This document shows, piece by piece, positions 9,512-16,446 of a stretch of DNA of 64,000 nucleotides. The position numbers were made by a program, and so were the translations under genes. The number at the start of each line of letters is the position of its first letter. Position 1 is the first letter of the stretch. This DNA comes from a virus. The notes under the pieces are model-generated. The model was given only the letters and a program-made list of their open reading frames with translations. It did not search any database and was not told the DNA's origin. The DNA lies in the IMG/VR virus record IMGVR_UViG_3300015371_000011, positions 1 to 64,000 of that record; one strand, written 5' to 3'.

Positions 9512-10510
9512 TCAAGCACAACCTACGATCAGATAACCCAAGTCAGGACCGACCGTCTTTTCGTCCTGAAACATATGGACTTCAACGGATTCGGTTTTCG
9601 GCCTGCGGTTGTCGTATCGCTCCGCGGCCAGTGCGCCAGGGAATCCTGCTGGGGTCCATCTAAAAGTGTAGCCGTGCGATGGCTCAAGCAAACCAGGTGT
9701 CGGGTTGACATACAGCATGACGCAGCTCGTGCTCCAGATGTCGGCATATGTAGCAGTGCCCGCGCCTTCAGCCGTTGTGGTCTTTTGTCCGCGCCCAACT
9801 AGGATGCGGTCAAAGCCGAATACATTGGCCACCTGCGATTCAGTCACGCCGCCGCCGCCCACGTTGTCACCCTTGCCGCGAATGAAGTCGATCACGTCAG
9901 GGTGCTTCATGAAGTTGATCCATGACGGATGCGAGAAAATCACCACATTGGGCATGTAGCCCGATGCGCGTCTGATAGCATTCACGCCTGTGTAAATATC
10001 ATCGACAGGCGTTGAGTTGTCGGCGTCACCCCATGTGGCGGATAGTGCGGTGCTCGACGTCATATTCGTGGTGGTCGTGAGCGTTACCGCTTCACGGTCT
10101 TCCCACGCTAGATTGAGTCCGCTCACTACGCGCCGGGTTGCCGATTCACGGATATTCAAGGATGCGTCGGCGTTTTCCAGGTCTTCGTAGGGTATGTCCA
10201 TTGCGAGGGCGTAATTGCGAATCGAGTATGTGTCACTCGACACATCCATTGCGATTCGGTTCGCCTCCATGCCGCGTGCACGGACAGCGTTATGCACCCT
10301 CATATTTTCCGCTTTAGACCAGACGTAGTAAACGCCCGTCTCTTTATCCACGTTTACCACTGGATAAATGAGCGGTGCGATTAGTCCTTGCGGCTCGTAG
10401 TTGATTGAGATGTTGCTCAGCGGGACGTCGATATGTAAATCACGGCCCGTAGCACCCGCATACGCTCTGGCATCGCCGCGAGATACGTTGCTTGGTAGTA
10501 TTCCGTCCAT
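9512..10510 (-). CDS. Major capsid protein (lambda gpE-like family)
   Basis: HIDVPLSNISINY..IAPLIYPVVNVDK..PSHGYTFRW..GYLI; follows the protease and decoration genes; SD GGAGG. Confidence 0.88.
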   Translation of the reverse strand: MDGILPSNVSRGDARAYAGATGRDLHIDVPLSNISINYEPQGLIAPLIYPVVNVDKETGVYYVWSKAENMRVHNAVRARGMEANRIAMDVSSDTYSIRNYALAMDIPYEDLENADASLNIRESATRRVVSGLNLAWEDREAVTLTTTTNMTSSTALSATWGDADNSTPVDDIYTGVNAIRRASGYMPNVVIFSHPSWINFMKHPDVIDFIRGKGDNVGGGGVTESQVANVFGFDRILVGRGQKTTTAEGAGTATYADIWSTSCVMLYVNPTPGLLEPSHGYTFRWTPAGFPGALAAERYDNRRPKTESVEVHMFQDEKTVGPDLGYLIVGCA

Positions 10511-10539
10511 TGGATTCCTCCGTTTAGCTAATTCGCTAA

Positions 10540-10917
10540 TTAAGCTCCGCCCGCGCGATACGGGTTAATAAACGCTTCGGCAATTAGTCCGCTATCCGCG
10601 CCCGTCACCAGATAGCCATACTTCCACTGCCCACTATTGGTCGCCGTAATGCCCCATCCGCCAGAGCCAGCCGCGATCTCGGTGCCCGCACCCAGCGATG
10701 ACGAAATGTAAAGCTTGGTGTTGCCTTGGTTGACAACAGCCGCATGCTCGGTGTGCTTGGGCTTATTCTGCAACACGCCTTCAGCCTGTCCGCCGCTGGC
10801 AGGTAGGTAAACGTGTATGCCATCGGGTGACTTCGCAACAAACTTGAACTGCAGGCCGGATAAATCGCCGCTGGCCACGCAGCTAATACCGTCTCTTGGT
10901 CCTCTGACTACAGCCAT
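10540..10917 (-). CDS. Capsid decoration/cement protein (DUF2190-like)
   Basis: ASGDLSGLQFKFV..GVLQNKP; between scaffold and MCP; SD AGGAGG. Confidence 0.8.
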   Translation of the reverse strand: MAVVRGPRDGISCVASGDLSGLQFKFVAKSPDGIHVYLPASGGQAEGVLQNKPKHTEHAAVVNQGNTKLYISSSLGAGTEIAAGSGGWGITATNSGQWKYGYLVTGADSGLIAEAFINPYRAGGA

Positions 10918-10948
10918 AGTAGCCTCCTGTTATAAGTTTAACGGCGGT

Positions 10949-11563
10949 TTAATTCCGTGTCGTGTTGTACTTTTGCGCCAATACGGGATTTTTGCGCTGT
11001 GTCTGCCTGAATGCATCGCTGTAAGAAATCGTCTTGCCGTTGGCGGACTGCTCTTCCTGATATTTCTTGGCAAGGCGGTCCAACTCCGCGCCTGGATCGT
11101 CCAGCGGCTCCTCGCGTGACTCTGGATCTTCGCCGCCCTTGCTGAATGTCTTGAATATCGAGTTGCGACTTTCAAATAGCGACTCGAAGATTTTAGCCGG
11201 CGAGTCCTCTGACTCACGCACCTTACCGCTGCCGCTCTCGTACACTTTCACCTTATCGGCCTCGTCGGGTATCCACTCGCGCAGCGCCCGCACGCGACCC
11301 TCTTCGGCCGGGCTGATCTTGCCCGCCTCTTTCATATTTGAAAGCCAGTTCTGGATCTGCTCGCTGCGTTTCTCCAGTGCCAGCTTTCTCACTTCGGCCC
11401 GCAAGGCTTCGGCCTCTTTTTCCTTTTCAAGCTTACCCTCTTCGCGCGCCTTGATGACGCGGTACTCGTACTCTTTCTCTTTTTCCGCCGTCATGGCGTC
11501 CACGCGTTGCTTGATAAGCTCGTCAAGCTCTTCCTGACTCACAGTGATATTCTTGTCGGCCAT
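10949..11563 (-). CDS. Internally initiated in-frame scaffold protein (Mu Z-like)
   Basis: Strong SD AAGGGAGG before the in-frame ATG of MADKNITV. Confidence 0.65.
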   Translation of the reverse strand: MADKNITVSQEELDELIKQRVDAMTAEKEKEYEYRVIKAREEGKLEKEKEAEALRAEVRKLALEKRSEQIQNWLSNMKEAGKISPAEEGRVRALREWIPDEADKVKVYESGSGKVRESEDSPAKIFESLFESRNSIFKTFSKGGEDPESREEPLDDPGAELDRLAKKYQEEQSANGKTISYSDAFRQTQRKNPVLAQKYNTTRN

Positions 11564-12523
11564 ACTGCCTCCCTTGGGGCTATAAGATTTCGATTTTTGT
11601 TTATTAGCTGACTCCGCGGTAGATGACCCGTGACACTCGATCTTGAGGGCATTACAGAACGCACCTGGATCGACACCCTTGCCTTCCATGTGGCCCATGC
11701 AGCGGGTGCGAAACCCACTCGCCTCGCCAAACTTGTCGCACATGCCCTTGATGGTGTTCTCAGGCATGTTCATGGCGAAATGAAACTCGCCCGCCTTGTC
11801 GTAAAACCCGACCTTGACTTCGCTAAGGTTGGCAAACTCCATCCTTTTGGCGCACGACTCGCAAACCTCGCTCATCTCGGCGTGCGTCAGCCACAGTTCG
11901 TCTTTGGGATGATTATGAAAAACGAGACGCTTGCTCCTATCCCAACTAAACACCTCATCATCGGTGCGGGAGACAGTTGGAGGTAGAGTCGCTGGCTTCG
12001 GCTCTATCTCCAACTGGGCAAGGCGTATCTCATTGTTGTTTTCGTCGTAGCGCAAATACGCGCCGCCTTCAGATCGAGAATACAGCAATTCTATTTCTTT
12101 AAGATTGGTGAGTGCGGGAATGTCGGCGCCGAGAAAGGCAATGGACTTGAGCACGCGCGGATATTTCGTGCCGGCGTCGGCGTAGTTCCAGTATATTTCT
12201 GACGATACGCGGCTATAAGCGCCCTTCTTAATCAGGTCAGCAAATCGCCTTGGCACCTTGGTCAGATCGGCTAAGAGTTTCTTGCCGCTACGGTAAATCT
12301 TGGTGGCGTAGCCTAGTGCTGGTGCACCGAATACCTTGCGTGCCTGGTCGGCTAACTCCTGCCCGTCCGCATGGCCTGCCTTGACCGTTGGCTTGAACCC
12401 CACCTGATCAAAAGCAGACACCATAGCGTCAAGGTCGGCTTCGCTGTAAACATCATTGTTGAATGTGCCCGCAGCAAAGATTTCAAGTCCGTTGATGTCT
12501 ATGGTTGGTGTTTCTTCAGGCAT
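10949..12523 (-). CDS. Mu I-like prohead protease/scaffold
   Basis: EIFAAGTFN..VKAGH..PALG..YSRVSSEIY..IAFLGADIPA; coiled-coil C-terminus. Confidence 0.88.
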   Translation of the reverse strand: MPEETPTIDINGLEIFAAGTFNNDVYSEADLDAMVSAFDQVGFKPTVKAGHADGQELADQARKVFGAPALGYATKIYRSGKKLLADLTKVPRRFADLIKKGAYSRVSSEIYWNYADAGTKYPRVLKSIAFLGADIPALTNLKEIELLYSRSEGGAYLRYDENNNEIRLAQLEIEPKPATLPPTVSRTDDEVFSWDRSKRLVFHNHPKDELWLTHAEMSEVCESCAKRMEFANLSEVKVGFYDKAGEFHFAMNMPENTIKGMCDKFGEASGFRTRCMGHMEGKGVDPGAFCNALKIECHGSSTAESANKQKSKSYSPKGGSMADKNITVSQEELDELIKQRVDAMTAEKEKEYEYRVIKAREEGKLEKEKEAEALRAEVRKLALEKRSEQIQNWLSNMKEAGKISPAEEGRVRALREWIPDEADKVKVYESGSGKVRESEDSPAKIFESLFESRNSIFKTFSKGGEDPESREEPLDDPGAELDRLAKKYQEEQSANGKTISYSDAFRQTQRKNPVLAQKYNTTRN

Positions 12524-12526
12524 TAC

Positions 12527-12571
12527 ATAAAACAAAAGGGCGACGGAGAATTAAAATCTCACATCGCCCTT
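12527..12571 (-). terminator. Intrinsic terminator-like hairpin just upstream of the protease gene
   Basis: Minus strand AAGGGCGATG-TGAGA-ttttaat-TCTC-CGTCGCCCTT followed by TTGTTTT. Confidence 0.7.
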
Positions 12572-12665
12572 GCTTTCGACTGATCGCGCCCGCTAAGGCG
12601 GCCAGGATGTAATCGGGTCGTTTTAAGTTATGTGATTGTTACGCCTTAGCAATGCGTTTTGCAAG
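12572..12665 (-). promoter_or_regulatory. Sigma70-like promoter plus structured leader
   Basis: TTGCTA-16-TAACTT (or TTGCAA-18-AACAAT); CGAC..GATT/GATC..GTCG stem enclosing CCGC-CTTA-GCGG. Confidence 0.45.
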
Positions 12666-12671
12666 CACTTT

Positions 12672-13166
12672 CTATCTCCGCTCCAAAAGCGCCCACCCCT
12701 GCCCGCTTTCGCGCGTGACAAAATCATCCACATTCACCTGATCCCGCACCGCATACACAAATATTTTCTCAGCCGCGTTCAAGTCACCATTCACCAGCGG
12801 CAGCACGTCACCGCGCACCACAGCCAAGTCATAGGCGCCTATGCCGTTTTTGTCCGTGCCATAATCGTAGACCTGCGCCACGTCGGCTAGCTTGTGCGTC
12901 TTATAGGCACGCTCGAAATATAAGGCGGCATTTTGTGGCGCGGTATCCCAGCGGCAAATCACTTTAACCTTGCCGTCCAGATTGCGCGCGACCGTGGCCA
13001 GCAAAACTGTGCTGCGGCCGCCTTCGGGCCAGTTGTCCAAGAATGTCGCGCCCTGCCGGCATTGCATGGCTATTGTGTAGAGTTTTAGCGCGGCGTCGGT
13101 GGTGAGAAAGCCAGGATGATTGCCCAACTTGCCGTAGACTATAGGAAAATCAACGAATTTCGCCAT
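12672..13166 (-). CDS. Methyltransferase-like protein (degenerate class I SAM fold)
   Basis: GFLTTDAALKLY..GGRSTVLLA. Confidence 0.55.
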   Translation of the reverse strand: MAKFVDFPIVYGKLGNHPGFLTTDAALKLYTIAMQCRQGATFLDNWPEGGRSTVLLATVARNLDGKVKVICRWDTAPQNAALYFERAYKTHKLADVAQVYDYGTDKNGIGAYDLAVVRGDVLPLVNGDLNAAEKIFVYAVRDQVNVDDFVTRESGQGWALLERR

Positions 13167-13380
13167 CTTCGCTCTTCCCGCCGTAGCGCTGCCTGAGCAA
13201 CTCGTTTCGCGCCATGTCCAGCTTATTCACCTGCGCGTTGAAGCGCCTTAGCGCGCCCGCATCCCAGTTTGGACTCGGCGAGCCAAGGCAATCGTCATAA
13301 TATTCTTTGCAGATGATCGACAATTGCGTGCGGTAACTCTCCTCGATTGCCGCCTTCAGCCGCCCGTCGTCGTAGCTCAT
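13150..13380 (-). CDS. Hypothetical protein
   Basis: Coupled ORF. Confidence 0.6.
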   Translation of the reverse strand: MSYDDGRLKAAIEESYRTQLSIICKEYYDDCLGSPSPNWDAGALRRFNAQVNKLDMARNELLRQRYGGKSEDGEIR

Positions 13381-13631
13381 CGGTTTGGTATGGCGCGCAG
13401 TTTATCGGCTATCTCATTGGCCAGCCACAATTCTGCGGTGTTAATACATGCCTGTTTCATCTCTTCCCGTGCCCGCCTCACCATATCCGCCACCTTGTCA
13501 TCGTCGTAATACACGGCGGTTATCTCATAGGCTATTTCGTCGGCTGATCTCACTTTACACCTGTGATTTGGATTGCACGTCTGATCTATGATTTGCCCAC
13601 AACCTAGACATTTTACTAATAGGCAACTCAT
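13377..13631 (-). CDS. Hypothetical protein
   Basis: ATGA overlaps at both ends. Confidence 0.6.
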   Translation of the reverse strand: MSCLLVKCLGCGQIIDQTCNPNHRCKVRSADEIAYEITAVYYDDDKVADMVRRAREEMKQACINTAELWLANEIADKLRAIPNR

Positions 13632-14272
13632 TTTGATGTCGTCGTACAGCGTGAGTCGCTAAACCCGCCGTTAAACGTGCCGATCTTGGCCCGCACCTCT
13701 ATGCAGTACGCGGTATATCTTTTGCGATTTATCCAGTCATACGTCACCGTGTCCGCTGGCAAGGATGCCACGAGTGCATATTTCTGATTGCCTCTAGCAG
13801 TACGGCCCCACAACTCAAAACCCGTTTCGTCAGGTGTGTCGTCGTAAGTAACCCGTATGCTTGACGATGAGATGGCCGCCAACGTGAGTCCTTGTGGTAC
13901 GGCAACCTGGGGCGGTGCCAGTGCAGGCGAGGTCCAGCACTGCTGCACTGACGGCGTACTTGAGGCAGCGCCGCCCGCCGTACCAATTATGTCCCAACAA
14001 TGATTCACATTGCCCGCATCGGTAAATGTGTTCTGCATCGTGACAGTGGGCGCATTGACCGTGCCGATCACAATTTTGGTCCCGCTCGCGTCGCTGCGCC
14101 TCACCTGAAAGCCCGTGGCGGCCACAATGTTCGTACTAGGTACGCCTGCCGTCCAGCTGAGTGTCACCACGCAGTTCTGTGAGACACCCTGCGTCACTGG
14201 CGTGCAGACCTTCTGCGCCGATGCCACACTCGCCCACATGATGAAGGCTAGCACGAATAGAAGTCGTTTCAT
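13628..14272 (-). CDS. Signal-peptide protein with two FN3-like domains
   Basis: MKRLLFVLAFIMWASVASA; VTLSWT..GFQVRR; PQGLTLAAISSSSIRVTY..YCIEVRA. Confidence 0.8.
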   Translation of the reverse strand: MKRLLFVLAFIMWASVASAQKVCTPVTQGVSQNCVVTLSWTAGVPSTNIVAATGFQVRRSDASGTKIVIGTVNAPTVTMQNTFTDAGNVNHCWDIIGTAGGAASSTPSVQQCWTSPALAPPQVAVPQGLTLAAISSSSIRVTYDDTPDETGFELWGRTARGNQKYALVASLPADTVTYDWINRKRYTAYCIEVRAKIGTFNGGFSDSRCTTTSK

Positions 14273-14281
14273 GGTTGATCC

Positions 14282-14488
14282 CTATGCCGTCTCGATCTTA
14301 ATGGTGCTCACCACTTTGACAATCACATAGCCATCAGACGGCTTGGTGAATATCTGCTGGCGGCAATTGCTATCCGTGCCGCACGATGTGAGCGCACGCC
14401 TGAATTGGCGCTCGATATTGACGCATTGCTCAAGTACGGACGGCCCCGCCTTGGCCTGCGTCTCGTAGTCTAGGCGCACGTTGAGCAT
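14282..14488 (-). CDS. Hypothetical protein
   Basis: ORF abutting the upstream stop. Confidence 0.55.
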   Translation of the reverse strand: MLNVRLDYETQAKAGPSVLEQCVNIERQFRRALTSCGTDSNCRQQIFTKPSDGYVIVKVVSTIKIETA

Positions 14489-14674
14489 CTAGCGGAGTCT
14501 TATCACTGGACCAAACCCGCCGATCATCTGCAGCAGCCACAAAAGCACAAACACAACCACTACGATGTAGCAAATATTCTTAATCCTCGCGTCAATCGGC
14601 AAAAGATTCAGCACGTATAATATGAGACCGATCAATATCAAGAAAACCAAGATACCGACTAGGCTAATCTCCAT
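14489..14674 (-). CDS. Small two-TM membrane protein (Thivi_2564-like; holin candidate)
   Basis: LIGLILYVLNLLPIDARIKNICYIVVVVFVLLWLLQ; SD AAGGAG. Confidence 0.75.
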   Translation of the reverse strand: MEISLVGILVFLILIGLILYVLNLLPIDARIKNICYIVVVVFVLLWLLQMIGGFGPVIRLR

Positions 14675-14675
14675 G

Positions 14676-14900
14676 CTATTCTCCTTGGTAAAGATAGACA
14701 GTACCGCCGCTAAATCTCACCGTGTAATCCTCGCCCTCACGCTCCGCATGATACCGAAACACACCGCCGTCTAATTGCCTGTCGTTATAGAACCCGCATA
14801 CCCACACGCGCGTATGCACCACTTCTTCCTGCGCGAATTGGTTGCGCAAGAATGGCGGTATCCAGCGGCGCGGAAATATCGGGTCTATTTCACTAGGCAT
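14676..14900 (-). CDS. Hypothetical protein
   Basis: ORF in operon. Confidence 0.55.
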   Translation of the reverse strand: MPSEIDPIFPRRWIPPFLRNQFAQEEVVHTRVWVCGFYNDRQLDGGVFRYHAEREGEDYTVRFSGGTVYLYQGE

Positions 14901-14999
14901 TTATAACCGTAATCCTCAGGGTCAGGCTCAATGAATCGGCCACGATAAATACGCCACAATAAATAGGCTATCCAGTACGATTTCTGCAATGACTTGTTC

Positions 15000-15716
15000 T
15001 TAGGATTTGGCACCGTTTATCAGCGGGAGCGCTGTGAGTTTCTTTTCGACGGCAGCCGCGACTTCGCCATCTTCCAATATAAGCCGCTCCAAGTCCTTAA
15101 ATCCTATGTAGCACTCGCCGCTCAATCCCCAGCTATCGGACCAAGAATTGCTGAGTTTGGCCAAGGCACGCTTGGTATCCGCGCCGCGCCATAACAAGCA
15201 GTGCCCACCGACTACCCGCGCACGTGGCGTGATTGAAATGATGCCTTCTTTATCGGGATACGTCATGGACGAGTACCAAGTCACACCAATTACCGTTGGA
15301 CCCATAGTCAGCACCCACTCTACGGCAGGCTGCAACGTGAACGCCCAGACATAGGATTTCAGCCGGCCCATGCCCATGACAGCCTCGGCACCAGCACGCA
15401 CAGACGTACCTAACTGGCGATCCACGTCGGTATCGTTATCTGGCCATTCGTCCAGCAATATGGCCTTATCATAAATCTGCTCCGCCGTCTGAATCGTGGC
15501 CGTGGTCTGAATTGGCGCGCATCTTAAGAAATTGGCCCAGCCCGCACCGACACAAATTCCTTCATTGCCCTGGTCCAGATTCCTAGCCGCAATCTTCCAC
15601 GTCTTGCTCGTAGGCAGCACGACCTTGGCCGGCGATGGTAACAGGCGCCTCATCAGAAAGCCCTTGTCGCGCTCGTCCTTGCTGACGCGCCGTCCGAATG
15701 ATGGTGCTTTAGCCAT
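15000..15716 (-). CDS. Papain-like (C1) cysteine peptidase
   Basis: LDQGNEGICVG..GGHC..NSWSDSWGLSG; TAATG coupling at 15716. Confidence 0.85.
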   Translation of the reverse strand: MAKAPSFGRRVSKDERDKGFLMRRLLPSPAKVVLPTSKTWKIAARNLDQGNEGICVGAGWANFLRCAPIQTTATIQTAEQIYDKAILLDEWPDNDTDVDRQLGTSVRAGAEAVMGMGRLKSYVWAFTLQPAVEWVLTMGPTVIGVTWYSSMTYPDKEGIISITPRARVVGGHCLLWRGADTKRALAKLSNSWSDSWGLSGECYIGFKDLERLILEDGEVAAAVEKKLTALPLINGAKS

Positions 15717-15988
15717 TACGATAATCCGATCTGTTTGCGCCACTCTAATGGGCGCCGTTCGTTGACCCAAAAACTAACCTTGTTATGGACGGTCATTGCA
15801 CACACATTGAATTCATCGGCAATCTTATTCAGGACGTCTTGTTTACGCATAGAGGGAAGGGCGCGGCGCAACTCTAAATAGCGTATTGCGATGTCAATAT
15901 CCCGCATTAGAAGCCGATAGTGAGCATTCTTCGCTTCTGCTTTAGCCGCCGCCTTATATGGACTGAATGGATGTTTTTCACGGCCCAT
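15716..15988 (-). CDS. Small HTH-like protein
   Basis: KIADEFNVCAMTVHNKV. Confidence 0.55.
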   Translation of the reverse strand: MGREKHPFSPYKAAAKAEAKNAHYRLLMRDIDIAIRYLELRRALPSMRKQDVLNKIADEFNVCAMTVHNKVSFWVNERRPLEWRKQIGLS

Positions 15989-15992
15989 ATTT

Positions 15993-16133
15993 CTATTCGA
16001 TTCGCGCCAACATCATTTCTAACTGGCTCTTGCGCCGTGCCAAACCTGCTAGCTTTGCGCTCAAGTCGGCGACCTGCTTGTTTAGCGCGGCCAACTCTTT
16101 CTCCAACTGCTTGCGCTGGTCGCTCTTGGCGAT
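15993..16133 (-). CDS. Coiled-coil protein, apparent ATC start
   Basis: AGGAG-caggt-ATC GCC AAG; heptad pattern. Confidence 0.45.
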   Translation of the reverse strand: MAKSDQRKQLEKELAALNKQVADLSAKLAGLARRKSQLEMMLARIE

Positions 16134-16161
16134 ACCTGCTCCTATACCGAGAAAGCCGCCG

Positions 16162-16371
16162 CTACTTCTTCGCTTTCTTGATCGCATCAAGCCGCGCCTG
16201 CTGCCCTTGCAGCCGCTCAATCTTGGCCAGCATGTCGTCTATCGTGGTCATCAATGCCGCGGCAGTCGCCTCGTCTGGCGGCGGGTCGGCGGCCAGCTGC
16301 TCCTGACAGTGCAGAATCTGCTCCTCCGCCTTGGCAATCATCTTGTTTAGTTGATCTGTTTTTGGTGCCAT
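16162..16371 (-). CDS. Small helical-hairpin protein
   Basis: SD AAGGAG; MAPKTD..TIDDMLAKIERL. Confidence 0.65.
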   Translation of the reverse strand: MAPKTDQLNKMIAKAEEQILHCQEQLAADPPPDEATAAALMTTIDDMLAKIERLQGQQARLDAIKKAKK

Positions 16372-16446
16372 ATACATCTCCTTGTTTGAGTTGATAATTT
16401 CTATCCTGTGCTTGTCGAACCAGAAATAAAAGTCACCCGCCGTCAT

